From contig CAVYKO010000009.1 in NCBI GenBank assembly GCA_963769095.1, positions 15,510-79,509 on the forward strand: a DNA stretch of 64,000 bases. The letters run 5' to 3'. The position numbers were made by a program, and so were the translations under genes. Positions 56,791-64,000 of this stretch are shown here, piece after piece; the first letter of the stretch is position 1, and each line of letters starts with the position of its first letter. Source of the stretch: an uncultured Acidimicrobiaceae bacterium (GTDB lineage Bacteria; Actinomycetota; Acidimicrobiia; Acidimicrobiales; RAAP-2). The notes beneath the pieces were generated by a model. The model worked only from the letters and a program-made list of their open reading frames with translations, had not been told where the DNA came from and did not search any database.

Positions 56791-57899
56791 TCAGGTCGCC
56801 GGGGCGATGACGATGTAGCGGTTGGGGTCTTCGCCCTCGGAGCGGGTGACGACGCCGGTCATCTCGTTGATGGCGTCGTGGACCGACTTGCGGTCGGCGG
56901 GGCTCATCGCCTCGAGCGCCTTCTCCTGACCCGAGGCGAGCACCTCTTCGGCGATCTGGACGCTGAACCGCTTGAGGGCCGCCGAGCGGCGCTCGCGGTA
57001 GCCGGCGACATCGACCAGGATGCGGTCGGTCCTCGACGGGCACTGGCGCTGCACCACGGCCCGGGTGAGGTCCTGCAGCGCGGCCAGGGTCGAGCCACGG
57101 GGCCCGACGAGCATGCCGAGGTCCTCGCCGTTGGCGGCGATCTCGACCGTCTCCTCATCGAGCAGGCGGGTCTCCACGGAGGCCTCCACGCCGTACTCGG
57201 CCAACAGGCCGGTCAGGAACGCCCGACCGATCTCGCCTTGCTCTTCGAGCGTCATGCCCTCGGCCATGTCCAACGTCTCCTTCGGTTCCTTCTCTTCGTT
57301 GCTCCCCTGCGGAGCGTTCGCGCCGGGCTGACGCCCGCTGGAGCCATTCCGCGATCCTTCACGCGCCGTGTCCCCGGAGGCGGCCGACGCTGCGCCGGTG
57401 CCGGCCGCGGCGGCCTTGCTCCGGTTGCGGCGCCGGCGAGCCGAGCGGCTGGTGCCCGTTCCCGAGCCGGCCGTCGCCGGCCCCGTCTTCCGCGCTCCGA
57501 CGGCGGACGCTCGGCCGTGTCGGTGGCGGCGCCGGCGCGGCTGCGGCCGCTGTCGGCACCCGTCGCCGCTGTCGCCTGCACTCGAGGCGGCTGCTGCCGG
57601 CGGACGCACGACCGCCGGACCTCGAGCCCGACGAGCCGCCCCGCTGTCCGCCGCCCTGGCGACTGCCCTGCCCGGACCCGGACCGTCCGCCCCGGCGGGA
57701 GCGCTCCCGCTTGGGCCGCGCCCCGACCGGGCGTACCCGGGCCCGCACCCGGGCCTCGACCCGGACGCGGCCGAAGAGGCCCATCTTGGGCTCGTTGACC
57801 ACAATGACCTCGGCATCAGCCTGGGCCGACCCCGAGCTGATCGAGCGCTTGCTCGGTCGCCTCTGCCACGGTCTTGCCTGCGACCTCAACCCACTCCAC
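56791..57899 (-). CDS. jag: Jag/KhpB-like RNA-binding protein (KH + R3H), at least two apparent frameshifts
   Basis: GTG 57899 gives VEWVEVAGKTVAEATEQALDQLGVG. A frame change at ~57825 leads to QADAEVIVVNEPKMGLFGRVRVEARV. An Arg/Gly/Ser-rich linker of unresolved frame follows. The KH/R3H part is the end of ORF 56791..57816(-) (EIAANGEDLGMLVGPRGSTLAALQ...SPADRKSVHDAI...TRSEGEDPNRYIVI). Confidence 0.85.
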
Positions 57900-57902
57900 G
57901 TC

Positions 57903-59063
57903 CTAGCGCGCCTTTCTGGCCCGCTTCGCACGCGAGCGGTTCGTGGGCTTGGGGGCCGGCGGCTCCTCCGCCGGCTCGCCCTTCCCGTTGGCGGGCCGCT
58001 TGCCCGCCGGCTTCCGCCCGTTCGCGTTCGTGCTGGGCCGTCCGTTGGTGCCCGCACTCCGCTTGGGCGGCACCGTGCCCTTGGCCAGCGCCGTCCCGTC
58101 GGTCGCGGTCGAGCGCTTCGCCGGCGGGGCAGCCGGCTTCGGAGGAGGTTTCTCCTTCTCCTCCTTGGCCGAGCCGATTTCTCGCTCGGCCGCGACGGGT
58201 TTCACCATTCCCGTCCGGAACATCACCTCTTGGGTGCCGATCCGCATGGCCGATGAAACAACCATGTAAATGGTTGCTCCTGCCGGCACCTTTAGGTAAA
58301 TGACACCGAAAATAATAGGGAAAAACTTCTGCATGGTTTGCATCTGCGGATTGGCAGCTGCAGCCTGCGGATTGCGACTGTTCATCTGCTTCATTTGGTA
58401 GAACTGCAAGAACATTGCAGCCCCAATGAGCAACAGGTAGGGGATGACCAGAACCGCTTGGCTCGTGCTCGTGGTCACGGCATGCGTAAAGGGGTCCGTC
58501 GTGTGATTCGAGAATGGATACGACGACAGATCCATGCCAAACCACCAGTGCATTTGGCCCTGGCTGAGGACCAAATCGTGGTGCATTTGGGAATTCGTCG
58601 GGATGTACTTTGGCGCTCCGACGGTGATCTTGTGACCGTTGATCGTCTTGGTCGCCGTCGTTGAAAGACCCCGAATCAGGGAGTAGAGCACGATCAGGAA
58701 CGGCATCTGCAGGAGGCTCGGCAGGCAGGCGCCGAACGGGCTGGTCCCGTTGTCCTTGTAGAGCCGCATCATCTCGGCGTTCAGCTGTTCCCGGTTCTCC
58801 GCGCCCTTGTACTTGGCCTGGAGCTTCTTCATCTCGGGCTGCAGCCGCTGCATGGCGATCATCGACTTGGTGCTCTTCACCGTCACCGGGGTGAGGGCCA
58901 GCATGATCAGGATGGTCAGGCCGGCGATGGCGAAGCCGTAGTTGGGCCAGATGGCGTAGAGGCCGGCCAGGATCAGGCCGAAGAACTCGAAGATCGGGTG
59001 GAAGATCTCGCCGATCAGGTGGAACAACGCGTTCTCGGCGCCGAGGAAGGGGTGCGTCAACAC
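57903..59063 (-). CDS. yidC: Membrane protein insertase YidC
   Basis: ORF 57903..59063(-). LTPVTVKSTKSMIAMQRLQPEMKKLQAKYK, GACLPSLLQMPFLIVLY, PIIFGVIYLKVPAGATIYMVVSS and a basic C-terminal tail. Confidence 0.93.
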   Translation of the reverse strand: MLTHPFLGAENALFHLIGEIFHPIFEFFGLILAGLYAIWPNYGFAIAGLTILIMLALTPVTVKSTKSMIAMQRLQPEMKKLQAKYKGAENREQLNAEMMRLYKDNGTSPFGACLPSLLQMPFLIVLYSLIRGLSTTATKTINGHKITVGAPKYIPTNSQMHHDLVLSQGQMHWWFGMDLSSYPFSNHTTDPFTHAVTTSTSQAVLVIPYLLLIGAAMFLQFYQMKQMNSRNPQAAAANPQMQTMQKFFPIIFGVIYLKVPAGATIYMVVSSAMRIGTQEVMFRTGMVKPVAAEREIGSAKEEKEKPPPKPAAPPAKRSTATDGTALAKGTVPPKRSAGTNGRPSTNANGRKPAGKRPANGKGEPAEEPPAPKPTNRSRAKRARKAR

Positions 59064-59338
59064 GGGCGCCCCGCCTCACGGGAGTGGGCGTGGACCGGGA
59101 CGGGGACCAGGTCGACGCCGTGGGGCCCGAAGGGCCGGCAGCGGAGCAGGCGCCGGCTGGTGAGGGAGAGTCCCCGCCAGAAGCCGTGCTCCGTGAAGGC
59201 CTCCATCGCGTAATTCGAGCAGCTCGGGTAGAAGCGGCACGGCGACACGCGTCCCGACGCCGCGCCCTGGTAGGCCCGCAGCACGGCCACGGCGGCGCGG
59301 GACGCCGGGCCCGGACGGTTCGGTGCGGTGCTGGTCAT
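59057..59338 (-). CDS. yidD: Membrane protein insertion efficiency factor YidD
   Basis: ORF 59057..59530(-) read from internal ATG 59338, which overlaps the rnpA stop (ATGA). The core motif is CRFYPSCSNYAMEAFTEHG...RRLLRCRPF. Confidence 0.88.
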   Translation of the reverse strand: MTSTAPNRPGPASRAAVAVLRAYQGAASGRVSPCRFYPSCSNYAMEAFTEHGFWRGLSLTSRRLLRCRPFGPHGVDLVPVPVHAHSREAGRPC

Positions 59339-59694
59339 GATCGGTTCGCCGCCTCGCCGGCGCGGTGCAACGCCCGCGCCAGGTCGTGGCGGAACTCGGC
59401 CGGGCTCAGGCCCGCGGCACCCGGCTCGAGGCGCACCAGGAACGAGCCGCGGGGGAGGGACGGCGCTTCCTCCCGGACCACGGCCCGGGCCCGCCGACGG
59501 AGCCGGTTGCGCACGACGGCCGAACCACAACGGCGCCCGATTGCGTAGCCGACCTGGGGAAACAGGCCTGGGGCGGTCTCGTCGGCCGGCGTGAAGGCGG
59601 CGCGGACGGGGCCGCTGGCGCCGCGGGCGCGGGCGCGCTGCACCTCGGCAAAGGCAGCGCGGCTGGTGATCCGTCCGACCGTCAGGGCTGGCAC
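59335..59694 (-). CDS. rnpA: Ribonuclease P protein component
   Basis: ORF 59335..59694(-). GYAIGRRCGSAVVRNRLRRRAR is the RNR motif. It lies directly downstream of rpmH. Confidence 0.9.
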   Translation of the reverse strand: MPALTVGRITSRAAFAEVQRARARGASGPVRAAFTPADETAPGLFPQVGYAIGRRCGSAVVRNRLRRRARAVVREEAPSLPRGSFLVRLEPGAAGLSPAEFRHDLARALHRAGEAANRS

Positions 59695-59705
59695 GAGGTC
59701 CGCCC

Positions 59706-59840
59706 TCAGACGGTGAGGCGATGGCGTCCCTTGAGGCGCCGTGACTTCAAGATGGCCCGGCCCGCCCGCGTGGACATGCGCTTGCGGAACCCGTGGGTCC
59801 GAGCCCGCTTGCGGGTGTTGGGTTGGTAGGTGCGCTTCAC
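59706..59840 (-). CDS. rpmH: 50S ribosomal protein L34
   Basis: Too short for the ORF track. My translation from GTG 59840 is [44 protein letters not shown]-stop (TGA 59706-59708). Confidence 0.95.
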   Translation of the reverse strand: MKRTYQPNTRKRARTHGFRKRMSTRAGRAILKSRRLKGRHRLTV

Positions 59841-60092
59841 GTCATTCAGCCTTTCGCGACGCCCGGACGGCATCGGGAAACCGGTCCGTCGCTCGGTTCA
59901 TGCCTCGGCCCTCGGAAGGAATCTGGCCGGCGGCGGCGAGTCCTCCCATGTTAGGCGCGATTTGACGACCGCCTCTAGTCGCATCGGCCGTCGGGGTGTA
60001 CGTTCATCCAATTACCCGTACCGAGGATCGTTCCCGACATCTGGCCGGACGCCGAGGGGGGAGAAGGGTCGTCCGGGAGAAGCGGTGAATCG

Positions 60093-61523
60093 GTGAATCA
60101 AGCAGGAGATCTGTGGACAAGGTGCACCGGGTCACTGCGCGACCAGGTGTCGGAGAGCACGTGGCAACTGTGGCTCTCGGGGATCGAGCCGGTGGACTAT
60201 GCCAACGGCGTCTTCGTGCTGGCGGTGCCCAACGGGCTCATCCGCGAGCGGGTGGAGTCGCGCTACCTCCCCATGATCGAGGACACGCTGGCCAATGAGG
60301 TCGGCGTGCCGGTGCGCGGCCGCCTCGAGGTGCACGAGCAGGCTTCGCCGGCGGCCCCGATCGATGGGGGATTCGCCGGGTCGGCGCCGTCGATCCCCGG
60401 GCTCGACGAGGTGTTCGGCCTGCCGGCCGACCCCGAGCCGGTGCCGGCGGCGGCGCCCGAGCCGGCCGCCCGGGCGGGCCGCGAGTCGCCGGCGGTGCAG
60501 CTCGACTCGAAGTTCACCTTCGAGACCTTCGTGGCGGCGTCCTCCAACCGCCTGGCCCACGCGGCGGCCCAGGCCGTGGCCGAAACCCCTGGTCGTTCGT
60601 ACAATCCGCTGTTCATCTACGGGGACTCGGGCCTCGGCAAGACCCATCTCCTCCACGCCATCGGCAACTACGTCACCGAGAACTACGCCCGGCGCAAGGT
60701 CCTCTACGTCACGACCGAAACCTTCATGAACGACTTCGTCGACTCCCTGCGGACGTCAACCACGCTGGCCTTCAAGCGGCGCTACCGCGACTGCGACGTC
60801 CTCCTCATCGACGACGTGCAGTTCATGGAGCGCAAAGAGGGCCTCCAAGAAGAGTTCTTCCACACCTACAACGACCTCAAGGGCGCCTCGAAGCAGATGG
60901 TGCTCACCTCGGACCGGCCGCCCAAGTCGATCGAGACGCTGGAGGACCGCCTACGCAGCCGCTTCCTCTCCGGGCTCATCACCGAGATCGACCCGCCCGA
61001 CCTCGAGACCCGCCTCGCCATCCTGCGCTCCAAGTGCCTGAGCGAGGGCCAAGACGTCCCCGACGACGTCCTCGAATTCATCGCCTCCCACGTAAAGGAC
61101 AACATCCGTGAGCTCGAGGGCGCGCTCACCCGCATCTGCGCCTTCGCCAAACTCAACAAGGAGCCGATCTCGCTGGGCCAGGCCGAGCAGGTGCTCTCCG
61201 ACCTGGTGCTCGCCGGCGAGCCGCGGCGGATCTCGCCCCAATTCATCCTCGAGGCCACTTCGGCGAGTTACGGGTTCTCCGTCGAGGCCATCTGCGGCCC
61301 CAGCCGCACCCGTCCCCTCGTCACCGCTCGCCAGGTCGCCATGTACCTGACCCGCGAGCTCACGGACTACAGCTATCCCGCCATCGGCCGGGTCTTCGGC
61401 AAACGGGACCACACGACGGTCATCCACGCCGTCGACAAGATCGCCGGTCAAATGCAGGAACGCCGGCAAATCTACGAACAGGTCACCGAGTTGATCCAGA
61501 AGATCCGTGCCGGCACCGGCTGA
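60093..61523 (+). CDS. dnaA: Chromosomal replication initiator protein DnaA
   Basis: ORF 60093..61523 (GTG start). AAA+ Walker A GDSGLGKTHLL, Walker B LLIDDVQF, sensor LTSDRPP, and the domain IV DnaA signature HTTVIHAVDKI. Confidence 0.96.
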   Translation: MNQAGDLWTRCTGSLRDQVSESTWQLWLSGIEPVDYANGVFVLAVPNGLIRERVESRYLPMIEDTLANEVGVPVRGRLEVHEQASPAAPIDGGFAGSAPSIPGLDEVFGLPADPEPVPAAAPEPAARAGRESPAVQLDSKFTFETFVAASSNRLAHAAAQAVAETPGRSYNPLFIYGDSGLGKTHLLHAIGNYVTENYARRKVLYVTTETFMNDFVDSLRTSTTLAFKRRYRDCDVLLIDDVQFMERKEGLQEEFFHTYNDLKGASKQMVLTSDRPPKSIETLEDRLRSRFLSGLITEIDPPDLETRLAILRSKCLSEGQDVPDDVLEFIASHVKDNIRELEGALTRICAFAKLNKEPISLGQAEQVLSDLVLAGEPRRISPQFILEATSASYGFSVEAICGPSRTRPLVTARQVAMYLTRELTDYSYPAIGRVFGKRDHTTVIHAVDKIAGQMQERRQIYEQVTELIQKIRAGTG

Positions 61524-61829
61524 CGTCACCCCGGCCACCGAGGACCAGCTTGTGGTTTGCCGGGGGCAAAGGCTGTGGACCGTCAGGCCTGAGACTGGGG
61601 ATCAAGGGCACCGCCGTCCCCAGACAGCCCCGGTCATCCTCAGGGCACCCGGCCCGGACGGCCGAACGCCCCGATCCACCCACACCGGCATGGGGACAGC
61701 AATGTCACCGCCACGCTGGCATCCCCCGATGTCATCCACAATCCACAGCCCTTACTACCTTTATCTCCCCCATGTACCTTTCCCTCTCGAAATGACAAGC
61801 AGGCCCTGTTCCCGAAAGGACCTTCGTCC
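61524..61829. other. oriC: oriC candidate: DnaA-box cluster plus AT-rich stretch in the dnaA-dnaN spacer
   Basis: TCATCCACA (61732-61740) overlaps CAATCCACA (61739-47). Weaker boxes are TTGTGGTTT (61550-58), TGTGGAC (61574-80) and GATCCACC (61673-80). The AT-richer run CTTACTACCTTTATCTCCCCCATGTACCTTTCCCTCTCGAAATGAC spans 61751-61796. Confidence 0.6.
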
Positions 61830-62948
61830 GTGAAGTTCAGATCCGAGCGCGACCAACTCGCTGACATGTTGGCCACCGCCGGCCGCGCCGTGGGCGGGCG
61901 AGGTGGCTCCTCCCCGGTTCTCCTCGGCCTGTTGTTGTCGTGCGAAGGCAACACACTCAGCGTCACCGGAACCGACCTCGATCTCACGATCCAGGTGACC
62001 GACGAGGTGATCGGCATCGACGACGGAAGTTGTGTCATTCCCTCCCGCTTGTCGACCGATATCGTGCGCCGGCTCGAGCCCGGCGCGGTGACTATCGAGG
62101 ACGAAGGCGACCAAGTCACAATCTCGGCGGCCCGCTCGACGTTCCGGTTGCACACGTATCCCGTCGTGGAGTTCCCCCCCGTCGGCAAGACGAGTGAGCC
62201 CACCACCCACCTCTCGGAATCGTCGCTCAGCGAGTCCGTACGCCAGGTGGTCCGGGCGGCGTCCCACGACGACGGACGTCCACTGCTGACCGGCGTCCTC
62301 CTGGCGCACGTCGACGGGTACATCCGCATGGTGGCGACCGACTCGTACCGGATGGCCATGCGCGACCTCTCCGACACCGACACCATCCCCGGCGAGGAAG
62401 ACCTGCTCGTGCCGGCGCGCGCCCTGTCGGAACTGCAGCGCCTGCCGACCGGGACGATCTCGGACCAGGCCGAGACGAACCGTGTCGGAGTCGCCGCGAG
62501 CAGCAACGAAATCACCTTCTGGCAGGGCAAGGTCCAGATCAGCACTCGCCTGCTCGAAGGCCGGTATCCGGATTACAAGCAATTGATCCCCGACTCGTAC
62601 CCGAACCGCCTGCATCTCGGCAAGGAGAGCTTCCTCGCTTCATTGCGGCGGGTGCAGCTGCTCGTCCGCGACAACACGACGCCGGTCCGACTGGCCATGC
62701 GCCAAGGCGGCGTCGACCTGAGCGTGCAGAGCCAGGACGTCGGCGACGCGGCCGAAACCGTGGACGGCGACTACAGCGGAGAGGAACTGGTCATCGCGTT
62801 CAACCCCTCGTATCTCATCGACGGGGTCGAGGCGGTCACCGGCGACGAGGTGATCGTGGAGACGGCGGACGCGTCGCGCGCGGCGACGGTACGCGGCGCC
62901 GAGGACGACCAGTTCCGCTATTTGCTGATGCCGGTGCGGGTGTCCTGA
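61830..62948 (+). CDS. dnaN: DNA polymerase III beta sliding clamp
   Basis: ORF 61830..62948 (GTG start). MKFRSERDQLADML..., TDLDLTI, ATDSYRMA and LLMPVRVS end. 372 aa, in the conserved position. Confidence 0.95.
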   Translation: MKFRSERDQLADMLATAGRAVGGRGGSSPVLLGLLLSCEGNTLSVTGTDLDLTIQVTDEVIGIDDGSCVIPSRLSTDIVRRLEPGAVTIEDEGDQVTISAARSTFRLHTYPVVEFPPVGKTSEPTTHLSESSLSESVRQVVRAASHDDGRPLLTGVLLAHVDGYIRMVATDSYRMAMRDLSDTDTIPGEEDLLVPARALSELQRLPTGTISDQAETNRVGVAASSNEITFWQGKVQISTRLLEGRYPDYKQLIPDSYPNRLHLGKESFLASLRRVQLLVRDNTTPVRLAMRQGGVDLSVQSQDVGDAAETVDGDYSGEELVIAFNPSYLIDGVEAVTGDEVIVETADASRAATVRGAEDDQFRYLLMPVRVS

Positions 62949-62964
62949 GAGAGCCGCAGGCGCG

Positions 62965-64000
62965 GTGAGCCTCCGGGACCTCGAACTGACCGATTTCCGG
63001 ACGTTCCGCACCGCACGGCTCTCGCCCGAGCCCGAGGGCACGACGGCTATCACGGGCGCCAACGGCACCGGCAAGACGAGCGTGCTCGAGGCGATCGCCT
63101 ATCTGGGTACGCGCCGCTCCTTCGCGGCGCGCCGCTCGAGTCCATGGTGCGCACCGGCGCACAGAGCGCGATCGTGCGGGCCACGTTCGACACGCCGGAG
63201 ACCAGTGTGCTCGTGGAGGCGGAGATCGGGTCGGCCGGGCGCAACCGCACCCGGGTCAACCGCAAGGACGCGAGCGGGCGCAAGGTGCTGGCTGCGGCGG
63301 CGCCGTGCACCGTGTTCTCGCCCGACGACCTCGCGCTCATCAGCGGGGGACCGAGCGGGCGCCGCGACCTCCTCGACGACGCGCTGGCGCTGCTCGATGC
63401 CGAGGGGGCCCGCGCGGCGGACGAGACCGACCGGGTGCTGCGCCAACGGGCCGCGCTGTTGCGCCAGGCCGGGGGACGGGCCACGGAGGACGTGGCGACG
63501 ACGCTCGAGGTGTGGGACCAGCGACTGGCGGACGCAGGGACGGTGCTCGTCGCGGCACGCGAGCGGCTGGTCGCCGACCTCGAGCCGCTCGTCGGTGGCG
63601 CGTACAGCCGACTGGCCGGCGCGGCCGGCCAGTCCATGGTCGAGCAGCGCTACCGGCGGAGCTGGGACGGGGACCTGTTGGACGCGCTCGAGGGGTCGAG
63701 GAAGGACGACCTGCGGCGCGGCCTCAACACCGTGGGGCCCCATCGCGACGAACTCGTGATCGTGCTCGACGGGCGTGAGGCCCGGTCCCACGCGTCCCAA
63801 GGCGAACAACGCTGCCTGGCCCTGGCCCTGCGGCTCGGGCTCCACGAGCTGGTGCGGGCCCGGACCACCGTGGCGCCCACGCTGCTGCTCGACGACGTCT
63901 TCTCCGAGCTCGACCCGGCGCGCAGCCGGGCCCTGGTGGAGGAGCTCCCGGCGGGTCAGTCGATCCTCACCACTGCGTCGCCGCTGCCCGAGGGGATCGC
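62965..64000 (+). CDS. recF: DNA replication/repair protein RecF (partial, runs off window; apparent frameshift ~63125)
   Basis: ORF 62965..63759 gives MSLRDLELTDFRTFRTARL...ITGANGTGKTSVLEAIAYLGTRRSF. The real continuation (GAPLESMVRTGAQSAIVRATF...GPHRDELVIVLDGREARSHASQGEQRCLALALRLG...LLLDDVFSELD) is in the next frame. It is missing from the track because it leaves the window. Confidence 0.9.

Noticed and set aside
55663-57798. 711-aa plus-strand ORF
   Set aside because: It is antisense to rsmG and jag, both of which have clear motifs on the minus strand.
1-64000. tRNA, rRNA, tmRNA or riboswitch genes
   Set aside because: No cloverleaf-like or rRNA-like conserved segments were recognised in any intergenic gap. 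All gaps longer than 150 bp were read (9334-9465, 16304-16479, 19906-20321, 24443-24755, 31032-31215, 53283-53485, 55821-56028, 59841-60092, 61524-61829). Absence cannot be proven without covariance models.

Overview
High-GC (about 70% by eye and spot counts) actinobacterial-type chromosome segment that ends in the replication-origin region. The right third (37-64 kb) is the classic ori-proximal core: rpsF-ssb-rpsR-rplI-dnaB, panB, a zinc-ribbon protein/PadR/ino1 trio, cca, DUF6049-like gene plus murJ, degV, trxB-trxA-cwlM, parB-parA with two parS sites, rsmG-jag-yidC-yidD-rnpA-rpmH, dnaA, a DnaA-box/AT-rich spacer (oriC candidate), dnaN and recF. The left part is accessory. It holds a MacB-type ABC pair, a Liv-type ABC importer with unusual domain fusions, an ABC-2 exporter with a NarL-type two-component system, lipid genes (patatin, WS/DGAT), a stand-alone PolDom-PHP-LigC repair operon and a DUF222/HNH gene. 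At 31.2-35.3 kb lies a translationally coupled Mau-like redox-maturation cluster built around a Tat-exported 26-Cys MauA-like domain fused to 42-aa propeller-type repeats. This cluster is my best candidate for an undescribed system. The sequence as given carries at least 35 apparent single-base frameshifts, some in essential genes (murJ, rpsR, recF), so most are probably assembly errors rather than pseudogenes. Many gene coordinates therefore join two or more ORF-track pieces. Most very long ORFs in the track are antisense or off-frame shadows typical of high-GC DNA. I recognised no rRNA, tRNA, CRISPR array or IS element. All family assignments come from motifs read by eye and from memory, not from searches.
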